Position numbers and translations under genes: made by a program. This document shows, in pieces, positions 1 to 11,100 of a stretch of 64,000 bases of DNA. Location: positions 37,634,001-37,698,000 of the forward strand of contig NC_045711.1 in the NCBI RefSeq assembly GCF_009834535.1, written 5' to 3'. Position 1 is the first letter of the stretch. Every line of letters begins with the position of its first letter. The notes beneath the pieces were generated by a model. The model saw only the letters and a list, made by a program, of their open reading frames with translations. It made no database searches and had not been told where the DNA came from. The stretch is from Camelus ferus (taxonomy: Eukaryota).

Positions 1-1080
1 GGTTCTGAAGTCACGGTTAGCTCCAGGTCTACGTGATGAGGTGTGACGCTGGACGGTGTTGGGTGCTGACCTTGACTCTTCCTTGGATTTTGGATTGGTC
101 ACCACTTGATGGGGTGGATATTGAACGACAACCTCCTTTGCTAGCTCTGGAGGCTGGTTGGAGAATGTTCAATGCCCACAATGGATGCTCGTTACCGTAA
201 GTTCCACGTCCACAGTGTGAACTGTGACTGGAGAGATGCTCGAAGGGGCGGGTGTCCCCTCAGGGTGTTTTGGAGAGGGAGATGTAGAGTGTTCAGCCTC
301 CGCACTAAGTTCTGAAGTCACAGTTAGCTAAAGGTCTATGTGATGATGTGTGATGCTGGACGGTGTTGGGTGCTGACCTTGACCCTTCCTTGGAGTTGGA
401 ATGGGCACCTCCTGATGGGGTGGATATTGAAAGTCAACCTCCTTTGGTGGCTCTGGAGGCTGAGTTGGGGTCTCTTGCTTGGTTGGAGAATGTTCAACAT
501 CCACAATGGATGCTCGTTACTGTATGTTCCAGGTCCACCATGTGAATTGTAACTGAAGTGATGCTTGAAGCGGCAAGTGTCACCTTAGTGTGTCTTGTAG
601 TGGGAGATGTAGAGTGTTCAGCCTCCGTAGTAGGTTCTGAAGTCACGGTTAGCTCCAGGTCTACATGATGAGATTTCACGCTTGATGCTGTTAGGGTCTG
701 ACCCTGACCCTTAATTTGAGTTGGAACGGTCACCTCCTGATAGGGTGGATATTGAACAACAACCTCCTTTGTTGGCTCTGGAGGCTGAGTTGGGTTCTCT
801 TGCTTGGTCGGAGAAGGTTCAACGTCCACACTGGTTGCTCCAGTTTCAGTAACTTCCAGGTCCACAGTGTGAAATGTGACTGGAGTGATGCTTGAAGGGG
901 CAAGTGTCCTCTGAGGGTGTTTGGAAGGGGAGGTGTAGAGTGTTCCTCCTCCATAGTGGGTTCTGAAGTTACAGTAAGCCCCAGGCCCAAAGGTTTATCT
1001 GTGACACTAGGTGACATTACATGCTAAGTGTGATCCTGAGCTGGTGTTGGAACTGTCACCTCCTGATACAATGAAGGCTG
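1..1080 (-). repeat. Degenerate tandem repeat of about 310-326 bp in LRRC37 exon 1
   Basis: Motif TTCTGAAGT(C/T)AC(G/A)GT recurs at ~3, ~310, ~635 and ~961. Each unit encodes a DLELTVTSEPT..EHST..QEVTV-type repeat. Confidence 0.8.
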
Positions 1081-3052
1081 ATGGGGCTCTGGAGGCCAAG
1101 TTGGGTTGGCTGCAGAGTGTCCAGCCTCTGTAAGAGGCTATGGAGTCACAGTACACCCCAAGTCCAAAGGTTTATCAGTGAAACTGGGCGAGCTGGAATG
1201 CTGAGGTTGATTCTGTCCTGGTGTTCCAGTTGTATCTCAACCTTCTTAGGTGGCTCTGGAGGCTGAGCCGGGGCCTCCTCCTTGACCAAAGAAAGCCCTG
1301 GCCCCTCAGGGTGATCTGCAGTCTGAGCTGTGGCCTCTTGTTGGCCTGGAGAAGATTCAACCTTCCCAGAGGGGCTCTGGAAACAGAGAAAGAGGCTTGG
1401 ACTGGATTGGAGAAAATTCAGCCTGCTCGGGGGGGAAACAGGAAAATGAGGAGAGCCCTCCTGCTGCTCTGGAGAACTTCTAGCCTCCTTAGCAGGCTCT
1501 GGAGTGAAGACAACTGCCAGATCCAGGGGTTTATCTATGGTACCAGGCAACACTGGACGCTGAGCTTCACCCGGACCTGCAGGTGAGACCATCACCTCGT
1601 TATGTACTGGACGTTGAGCTGCGGCAGTTGTAGAGGTCTCTGGAGGCTGAGTTGGGGGCTCAAGCTGGACTGGGGAAGGTTCACCATTTCCTGAGGGGGC
1701 TGGAGGCTGATCCGGAGCCTCCTGCTGGAACAATAATGGAGCCAACTGCTCAGGAAACCCTGCAGATGGAGCTGAGGCCTCTTGTTGGGGCAAAGAAGGT
1801 TCAGCTTCACTTGTGGGCCCCGGACTTATGGTGAGTGCAAGGTCCACAGGTTTAACATTGACACTGGGTCCCTGCAGAGACTGAGCTTGATCCTGGCCTG
1901 GAGGAGAAGCTGTTGTCACATCATGCTCTGGAGAATGAGCTGCAGAGGGTTTGGCCTCAGCAGGAGACTCTGAACACTGAGCTGTGCTTTCCTGCTGGGT
2001 TGCAGAAGGTTCTATCTCTGCTGGAGACTGAGTTGGGGTCTCCTGCTGTGTTGAAAAGGGTACAGCTTCCCCCAGTCGGCTCATAAGGCTGAGCCGGTTG
2101 TCTCCATTCCCCTGGAGAAGGCTCAGCTTCCTCAGGTGGCTCTGGAGGCTGACCTGTGGCATCCTGCTCAAGTGAAGATTCAACCTCCTCTGGCCTCTCT
2201 GGAGGCTCAGAAGGGGCCTCCTGCTGAACTGGAGAAGTTTCAACCTCATTAGTGACCTCTGGAGTTCCAGTAAGTGCCAGATCCAGAGGGTTAACAGTGA
2301 CACTGTCCAGGTCTGACTGCTGAGCTTCATTCTCTTTGGGAACATTTACCTCTTGAGGCCTTAATGGTTCAACTAAAACCTCCTGAAGTCCTCCCTCCCC
2401 ACTGGGGGACTGAAGCACCTACTTCCTCAGGGGCCTCTGAAGGCTGAGGCAAGCCCCCTGCTGAAGGGGAGGTGGCTCTATCTCTTCCGTGGTCTCTAGA
2501 CACTGAGCCTGGGCCTCTGCTGGGGTAGAAAAGGTTCAACCTTCTCAGGGGCCTCTTGCTGGGGTGGAGAGTCAACCTCCTCGGTGGGCTCTGGACGATG
2601 AGTTCGGGCCTCCTGCAGGGATGAAGAAATTTCAGCCTCCTCAGGGGGCTCTGGAGGTCAATCTGGGCTTCCCAGAACATCCAAAGGTAGATCTATGTCT
2701 ATAGCTTTGGTGTTATTACCTTTGGGTTGAGGAGACAGAGCTGAGGCCTGATTCTGATCCCAGCCTAGCACTGGAACCTCCTCTGGGAGCATTTGATGCT
2801 GGGTTAGCTTGTGATTCCCCTCTTGATGTGAGACAGCAACACCTCGATATGGCCCTGTGGGCAGCTCTCCATCTGAATGCACGTCCAGGTACGGAAGAAA
2901 AGTCTCGGCCAACATCTGGGTGACATAATTAAAGTCCCCCGACTCTGAGTTGGGGGTCCACTGGACAGACTCCAGGGCTGAACTCCCTGGACCATAAGCC
3001 AGACTGATTGTGAAGCAAAGAGCTGCAAGGACCAAAAACACTGGGGAAACAT
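1..3052 (-). pseudogene. LRRC37A: LRRC37-family gene, large first coding exon (runs off the left edge), disabled
   Basis: ATG at 3052 gives MFPQCFWSLQLFASQSVWLMVQGVQP (cf. LRRC37A N-terminus ...WQLLWLLVKEAQPLEW). Downstream ORF pieces (2658-3170, 1957-2418, 1146-2345, 730-1017, 494-865) carry LRRC37 motifs QQEAPAQPPEPP and VKPLDLELTITSEPT but in different frames. Lesions: 1-nt loss at ~2975 (AGCCCT vs AGCCCCT in the paralogous stub), in-frame TGA at 2658-2660, frameshifts near 2510, 2070, 1400 and 920. Confidence 0.85.
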
Positions 3053-3453
3053 GATCCAAAGACGATTCGGGCACAGTGACCCAGGCCAGTGGGGCACTGG
3101 CCAGGCACACTGAACGGACACTGAAGTGAAATGGCAGCCTGGCTGCACGTGTGCCCCTCCCCTGCCTCACGCCCCACCCTTTAGTGACACCGCCTTTATT
3201 AGGTCAGGGTGGAGATCCAACCAGAGTCAGGCTTTTTCCCAGGGCCCAATCCATCTTTCCACCAGCAAAGGTGACACTTAGCTCCTGCTGGGCCCTGTCT
3301 ACAACCCGGGCCCAGCCCCTGGCACAACGAGGCAGGATTTGGGCTGCAGACCAGAGTGGCCCCGGACTCCAGCAGCGCAGGGGTGGGGGTGATGGTGGGG
3401 CAGAGCCTCCCAAGGAAGTCACAGGGCCCAGCCTTCCAGGAAATTCAAAAGTG

Positions 3454-3555
3454 CTACTCCAGCTCTGGCAATCTAAACTCCTCCTCCTCCAAACTAAAAT
3501 CTGAGAGACATTCTTCCTCCCCTTGGCCACACTGCTTTGAAGAAAAGTAGCTGAC
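3454..3555 (-). pseudogene. RDM1: Orphan copy of RDM1 last exon (exon 7)
   Basis: TTTGTAG acceptor, then VSYFSSKQCGQGEEECLSDFSLEEEEFRLPELE* (cf. human RDM1 C-terminus ...GQEEEGYLSDFSLEEEEFRLPELD). No upstream RDM1 exons in this arm. Confidence 0.9.
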
Positions 3556-3940
3556 CTACAAAATGAGCACCAGTTACGGCGGTGGGAGGGGAATACACCT
3601 CACACTTAGTTATTCTAAAATGTTCTCATGTCCTCTAAACTCTCAGGATCCATGTCTGATTATAAAATTCACCACTCTATTATTAGGGGTTACCACTGAG
3701 TCAGTGATGACTCCAAAATGTCTGCAGGAAGGGTTTTGGAGTGGGTGAGCAATTCATTCTGGGAAAGAGAGTCGGAAACCAAGTGAACAGCCCTATACAT
3801 TAGTGTGGGAAAATCTCCCCATTCCACCTTGTCTCAGCACAGCCATTAGTCTAGAAAAAATTACAGTGCCACTTTTCAGAGGTCTACCCTGTGTGCGTAC
3901 ACAGAGAAGACACCTAGGATGTTAAAGTCAGCACGTTGTG

Positions 3941-4345
3941 GGGAGGGATAACTCCGTGGTTAGAGTGCGTACCTGGCAAGCACAAGGTCCTGGGTTCAAT
4001 CCCCAGTACCTCCATTAAAAATAAATAAACAGTGGGGAAGGGGGTGGGAAGGGATACGTTGGGAGTTGGAGATTTGCAGATACTAACTACTATGTACAAA
4101 ATAGATAAACAAGTTTATTCTGTATAGCACAGGGAACTATATTCAGTATCTTCTAGTAACTTATGGCTAAAAAGAATATGAAAACGAAAATATGTATGTT
4201 CCAATATGACGAAAGTACTGTGCTGTACACCAGGAATTGACACAATACTGTAAACTGACTATACTTCAATAAAAATATATTTCTAAGAAACAGAATATAT
4301 GTAACTAAATAAATAAAAACCTAATTACCTCCTCCTTCTCAAAAA
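3941..4345 (+). mobile_element. tRNA-derived SINE (camelid Vic-1-like) interrupted by an L1 3'-end fragment
   Basis: SINE head 3941-4030 (box B GGGTTCAATCCC), L1 3' end ~4031-4295 (...ACTGACTATACTTCAATAAAAA), then SINE tail AAATAAATAAAAACCTAATTACCTC ~4305-4345. The same nest is present inverted at ~55905-56312. Confidence 0.7.
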
Positions 4346-4775
4346 GTAAATTCAGCATGTCAAATAATTTTCTTGAAATACTGCAACTAGCACCCAGTTT
4401 ACTTCCTTCACAGCCCTTATAATCATCTCTTTAACTTTAGCCCTGTTTAACTGTCTGGCACACCCTCTGGCCACAGAACTCCATGGAGAAGGAGCTTGAT
4501 CTTATTCCCAGCGTCAAGCACATAATGGTTTTTAAATGGAATTGATTCCAAGATTGGCCGATGAGGAATGGGTCTGTTGTTATAATCAGCTTTCTGAAAA
4601 CTTCAGCATCGATACTGAATCCCTTCCTCTCACATTTCACAAGAAGCTAGACTTTATTTGTAAGTGGAAAGGGAAGAAAATAACAGGAAGTGGAGGCAAG
4701 AGGAAGAAGAAGTGAAGAATTCTGAAGTGAGGAGAGGAATTCTGGAGTGACTCCACCACAGGTCTGTCCCCTGCC

Positions 4776-4845
4776 TCATCCCAGGTGGCATCCTGTCATC
4801 CAGTAGGAGAGTGGCCGGCCCGCACAGTGCAGCCTTCATTTTACC
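4776..4845 (-). pseudogene. LYZL6: Orphan copy of LYZL6 last coding exon with nonsense codon
   Basis: CTCCTCAG acceptor, then G GTA AAA TGA AGG CTG CAC TGT...GGA TGA. The TGG(Trp) of the intact copy (45649-45718) is TGA here (4836-4838). Confidence 0.9.
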
Positions 4846-5057
4846 CTGAGGAGAGAAAAGTCTGGTTCTTGCTTCCACCTGACCAGCTGCTCCCCTGCCC
4901 ACGTGACCCGGAACTTAGTGAGGCTTCAGCGCAGAGCAACGCCCAGCATCCCCTTCATTCCCAGCAGTCTAATCGGTCCTCCTTTGGCCCCTCTGATTCT
5001 TCCTTTCAATTTCCTTATCCGTGTTGTTTGCCCTCTTCCCCCATTCAGTTTGCTTCC

Positions 5058-5148
5058 ATATATATTTTTAATAGATACACTGAGTGATTGAACGCAGGAC
5101 CTCCTGCATGCTAAGCATACACTCTACCACTGAACTCTACACCCCCCA
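5058..5148 (-). mobile_element. tRNA-derived SINE (Vic-1-like)
   Basis: Reverse complement of GGGGGTGTAGAGTTCAGTGGTAGAGTGTATGCTTAGCATGCAGGAGGTCCTGCGTTCAATC...; paralogous to 45347-45436. Confidence 0.8.
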
Positions 5149-8100
5149 TCACAGGCTTTTAAAATTTTATTATTTTTATTATTATTATTTGCTTCCACAT
5201 TTTTGAATCCTTATCTCCCTCTGAAGGAGGAGAGCACTGTTACAGGGCTGAGAGTTACTAAACAAACAAACAAACAAACAAACAAACCCAGAGGCAGCAG
5301 ATCTAAAGGAAATCAACGCTGGCATAAAAGAAATGGGGCAGCGGGCCCCTCAGTAGTGGAAGAGTCTGGGGGAGTAATTAGAGAGCTTCCCAATAGGCAA
5401 GGGTCTTTGCTTTCTGTGGTTGACGAAATGAATACCTGCTGGTGGCTACACAGCATCCTAAGGTTCTTACAGATATTCATTCATCAACATATAAGTATTG
5501 AGCACCAGCTTTATACTAGGTACTGGACTAGATGCTGGTGACACGGAAAATCAAAATGACTCCAACCCTCCAAGGGCTTCCAGAGAGCCAAGTGTAAACA
5601 GGTTATCTTAGTCACTCTGTGTTCATTGGTGTTGGAGGGGTGGTTGTTCAGGAAGGGTCCCTCCTTACAAAAGCTTTATATTCCCAAAGCTAGCATGCAG
5701 GATGGACTGGGGGAAGGTACATCAGCAGCATTCTTGACTGTCTCCACCAGAGAAAGGAGTGATAGTGAAAGTCTCACTTCTGAGGCTTGTGCCATCCACG
5801 AAGTCTTTCTGGAAGAGACCAGGGAGACATCAACATCCCTGATCAGTTACCATCCGCACGCCAGGGCCACTGCCCTTTGTTTTGTTTCCCTTACTCCCCC
5901 TCTTCCAGTTTATCTCAGCATCTTTCTCCCCACCTTATCCCTGCCCCACCCACCCACTTGCCACCCTGCCACGCAGTCCCCAGCGTGGGAGGAAAAGAGC
6001 TCCCAGTCCTAGGCCCCTGCCTCTACCAGGGCTTCACTTACTTTCTGTCCCACCTCCCATCTTCCCCTGCCCACTTCACACACCCCACACAAACACAACA
6101 CACAGACACACACCCACTTCCCAGACCTTTCTCCTGACTTCAGTATACAGGCAGTAGGGCTGGTTGACTGCAGAGGAGTGGAAGAGACTGGCTGGGCTGG
6201 AGGGGCAGAAATAAGGCTTCAGAATAAAGCATGTGTGTGTGTGTGTGTCTCCCCAGAATGTGCCCTGAATGTCGGTCTGGAACATGCTGTAACAAGCTGG
6301 CCCCAAAGCTCACAGCTCACAGCTCACAGCTCAGGCTGGGACTGGGTGGAGGCACCACCACAGCAGCAGGAACTACTGGGCTAAGAGCTCTGCCTCCCAG
6401 ACCAAGGGGTTCTCTGCACATTTATTAAGCACCTACTATTGTGTGGTAGTCACTTTTTATTCATCTGCAAGATGCAGAAAAGAATCAGAAAGTGATGTTT
6501 ACTAGAATCAGCTGTCTGTATAGCGGATGTGGTCTCATGGGGCAAGGAGGTGCCAGGGGAGAGGGATGGGGTCACTGTGGCCACAGTCTCCTGCATAGCT
6601 GAACTTGAAGGAAAAGGCCACAAGACCATCTTACCCAATCCCCTGCCTCCAAGCCTTTACAGGCAGGGATTTCTCTGACAAATCTCCAGGAAAAGAGATT
6701 CTCCAGCCTCCCTTACATGACTACTCTTTTCTCCTTATTCTAGCACTGGTAAATTCCTTCTGGAGTCCAGCCTCAATTTGCATCCCTGTGGTTTAAACTC
6801 ATTTCTCTTGCCTGAAGTTCTGAAACAGAGTCCTTGGGCCCCCAAGAACACATATGGTTAATTCAACCTTGCAGCTTTCTGGGGCCTCAGAGTAAAGAAG
6901 GAAAGAGCAGCAGGGGGCCCCTCCCAAGTCATCCCAGAGACAAGAGTTACTGGCAAAGAGAGGTCCAACGAGGGGAGCGGGTAGGGGTTGGGGATGTGCT
7001 TCCTGGGGAAGGTGAACAGGCAGCCAGGCTGCCCTCCTCTGCTCACCTCCCTTCCTCTCATCCCCTATGAGGCCTCTGAGCCATAAAAGGAGGTGCATGA
7101 GTTTCTGTTGTGTGTTCACAATCAGCCCTTTCTCTATGGGGTCCCCTTTCCCAGACAGTGGCAGGCAGACATATAGATCTGCACACACTACATGCGCACA
7201 CACACACAAACTTCCTTGCTCACATCTTAGGGATATACACTCAGGGACACAGGTCCAGATACAAAAATGCTGGCCATGTCAGCGGTCTCTCCCCAGCACA
7301 CTCAGATACACACACACATACCCTTCTTCCCTCCTCTGCAGCCTAAGGGGGGATGGCCACCTCCATATGGGTAGGCCTGGTGAACAGATGCAATGCTAAA
7401 CTTCAGGCTGATGCTGGTCCCTTTTCAGCACACAGCCGCTCTCCCCTGGTGTTTGAGCAGTGGGGAAGGAACACAGACAAACAGAAGTCATTCCTGGTGG
7501 AAGACAAGGCAGAGCCAGCCTTCGACTCAGGGAGGGGGCCTCTGTCCCGGCTCCTGCCCTTAAGAAGGCCCCTGCTCTATTCCCCTGGGGTTGTGCCCCT
7601 CCACACAGGGCCAAGGGCACGAGCCTACACAGAGTTCGTACCTCTCCCCTTGGAGACCACAGTCCGGGGACGTGCCCGGCACCGACCCTGCTTTTGGGGC
7701 CCGGGGGGTCTCTTACTTGGGCTCTTCCTCCTGTTGGGACAGCAGCACCACTTGGTGTGTGCACACTCAGGCAAAGAGGTGACGAGGGGCAGTTGTGGGA
7801 AAGGGACGCACACACCAGGGACACGTGAGCTGGGGTGCCTGCATGCATGCTGGAGGCCCTTTGTGGTATCGGGGGAGCCAGGGGTGTGAAGGGGATGGCC
7901 CAGGGGCTGGAGGCCAGGGAGCAGTTCTCCCCAAGGCTGCCACATTCTGAGAAGGAGTCAGAATTCTCAATTCCATCTGGCCTTTCAGGTCCCTGTGGAG
8001 GTACCCTGGTCCAGGTGTCTTATTTAACAGTTAGCTTCACTCATAACTTGTTTAGATCTCTGTCCGTGGGACTCTGTTTGCACCGCTGCCCCTGCCCACT

Positions 8101-11100
8101 GGTGCTTAGGTGGGAAGACTTGTTCAGGGGGCCCCCTTCAGTCCTGGGGAGAGGATATTGGTGGCGAAGTGCCTCCCGAATGCTTCTGGCTGGAGTGGGC
8201 CCTGGCATCAGCAGGAGCAGGGCAGGATGGTGCAAGGCCCCAGAGGTGAGGGTGGGGGTGCTCTTGCCATTTTTGCCACCCTTTGTCCAGGGGAGGAGCC
8301 TTGAGACCAGAGGCTGCCCATGGCCTGGTCCTGTGGGTGTGTCCCTGGCTGGCCTGGGGAGGGCTCTTAATTACAGAGGCAGCTCCAGCCACACTTCACT
8401 GCAAGGCGTGTGGGCGGGGATGGAATGTCAAAGGGAAAACAGGGAGACAAGAAAACAGAGATAGAATGGGCCAGAAATAGCACAGGCCAGAGTGGAGAAA
8501 CCAGGGGCCCGTGGTGGTGGAGGGGGAGGATGGAGGAGGGTCAGGACTTCTCCAGAGAATGTCTATTCCCCTGGTTGCCCCCACCCCTTACCTACCCTCA
8601 ACCCCCCAGGGTTCCATCTCAGAGCTTCAGGAGCTCATCAGGGTGGGTCCCAAGCATCAGGATTGTTGGATTCTGGAGCTGGGTCTCTGAGCAACCCCCA
8701 TCCTGCCCTGAGTGGGCTGAAGGGGAAGGTGAAGCCTTGCCATTTGAGTCACTCACTTCCTGCTCCTGGCCTGGGTGACTCCACTCACAGGCTGACACAG
8801 CTGGGGCCCACCCACCCTCCAGCCTGCCTGCCCCTCCCTCCCTCAACAAGCCAGGAGAGATGCCTGTCCCGACAGGTGCCCTTCCCACAGAGAGTCCACC
8901 CCTCCCCTGCCAGCACGCCAGCCTGTGTGAGATGAGAAACAACTTTGTGAGAAGTCAGCTGGAGGTGTGACTTCAGGCAAACCTCGGGATTAGAGAACCA
9001 GGGCTGGGGCAGGGGCTGGCCGGCCCTCCTCTGGGGTCTAAGTCTGTAACCTCCCCTCACTTCCTCTAAGCCAGGAGGGCACTACACAGACCCACAGGGA
9101 TCAATTGTGCAAAGAGACTTCCCCCACCTCCTCCCGCCCTCTGGCCTTTCTCCCTGTCCCAGGCTCCACCTCAGTGGGAACTGGTGGGGCCAGGATTTGG
9201 AAGCCCCCAGCCTTGTACTTTAATCCCAGATTTCCTAGTCCTGTCCTGCACCCCAGGGGACTTGCGATCTCTGCATATTTCATCAGCACTTCAGCCTCCA
9301 GCTGAAGAAGCAGCCAATTTACAGCTCATGGATGATTTATGGCCCTAGCAGAGAACCTGGAAGTGGTGAGGGGGAGGGGCAGGGAGCATGGTGGCAAGTG
9401 AAGCCTGAAGCTGGCTGTTGATGAGGGTTGTGAGAAGCCAGCTCCTTCCAGGGGGTGTGTTGGGGGTGGGGGAGGAGCTCCAAGGCTAGGAACAATACCA
9501 TTTTTGAGGATACCAAGGTATTATCAAAAAAAAGGGGAGGGGGTTTATCAAAATAATTGCACTAAAGGTTAAAGTTACATGACAAGCATTTTCTGACTTC
9601 ATTCCTTGTCCCGGTATCTCTGTAACTGTGTGCATAACCTCACTTGGAGATAACAAATTTTAATGGGACGTCCTTCATGGCTGTGAAGCCTCCAAAAAAC
9701 TCCCTGCTCCCCACACCACCCAGGGCCTGGGAAAGAGGCCAGACTCCCAACTTAGACTGACTAAACCTTGCTCCTTCCTAGCTTCCTCCTCCAGGAAGGC
9801 CAGCAGGATTTAGCCAGATGATCAAGAGAAAAGGATGGAATCTGGAATGGCCACCACTTACTCTGCTCCAGGCATCTAACTTTATACTTTTCTTATTAAA
9901 AGAAAGGTGGAAAAGGTGACCCAAAATAGAAAATGTCAAGTTCTCTTGACCTCTTCTTTGCCAAGCGGCCTACCTGAGTGAGTTCTTCCACAGATTTAGA
10001 GGATCAAGTTTATGTGGGGGGAGGGGTAAACAAGCAGCCATGTCCTCCTTTTACCTCAGTTTCTCCATCTGAGTCATGGGCGTGAGAGGTGCTACCACCC
10101 CAAAGGCTGTTTGGGGGTCAGAAGAGATGCTATCCAGGCACCCCAGCACCAGCAGGGACCTAGGAAGGTGGTGATTACGGGATGATGTGTCCACAGGTTG
10201 GGCCTGGCATTTGGTCTAGGGGTGGCTGCAGTGGGCAGCCCCAGCCCTCAGCATACTTACATCAGATCCCCAAGTCATCTGGGAATTTGATCACAGGAAG
10301 AAGCCAGACAGGGCTGCGCCAGCCTAGCTTAGAGTGAACCCTGGCCATGGGCCCCAATCTAGTCTCTCTGTGCCTCAGTTTCCCCATCCATGAAATTGGG
10401 CCATCTGCTGGAGCTATCCTTGGAGAGAAGTTGGAAAAGAAGGCCTGGATGGAGGCCCCGGAGTGGGGAAGCTGCGTGAGCCTTGGGCCCTGCAGCTGCC
10501 AGGACACCACCCCCTCAAGTAAGGTTATGAGGTTGGCCCCAGTGCCAACTGGACACAGCCTTCTGACACAGGAAGGGGTTACTCTTTGTCTCTAGGGGAA
10601 CCCTACTCTCCCAGAGAAGGGGAATGCTAGGGTGAGACTTCAAGAACTATTTCTCAAACCTCAGGGGGAATTTCTTCCATTGGAATTTACTGGAATTTTG
10701 GGTGATCCCATGGGATTCTCCCTTTGGCCATCACTCCTCAGGATTCAAGAAGAGGCTGGTCTAAATCACCCCAGCAAGTCTGTCCCCAGGCCCTCTAACT
10801 TCTGGTCCAGCCCCAGGAAGCTGACAAGGGGAGGTGGGACCAAGCTGTGGAATGAGGCCTGAGAGTGAGTCTTGACTGCTTGCTCTTCCTCCCCTTTCTC
10901 CTTTTCTCCTTTCCTCTCTCCTCCTCCCTCCTTCCCTGTCTCCCTTCTGGAACCCTCTGCCTTCCCCGGTGAGCTGTGGCAATGTAGGGGCTTTGTCTCC
11001 ACATCTAGCCTTCACCTTCCTCCCCTTCCTCCCCCGAGGCCCCATCTGACATCCTAAAGGGACAAAGCCAACTCCGGAGACTGGAGAGAGGAGACCAAGG

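Larger units (their letters stand above)
2966..5298 (-). repeat. Left arm of inverted segmental duplication (paralogous to 55599-57298 and 45149-45838)
   Basis: Near-identical ORF translations on opposite strands (3563-3748 + = 56505-56690 -; 4437-4640 - = 55612-55815 +; 4654-4902 - ~ 45592-45837 +). Manual alignment found 4 mismatches in 230 nt at 3231-3460. Confidence 0.95.

Noticed and set aside
3941-4030. tRNA-like sequences (also 5058, 23016, 45347, 51612, 52935, ~56225)
   Set aside because: Degenerate A/B boxes followed by A-rich tails; these are SINE heads, not tRNA genes.
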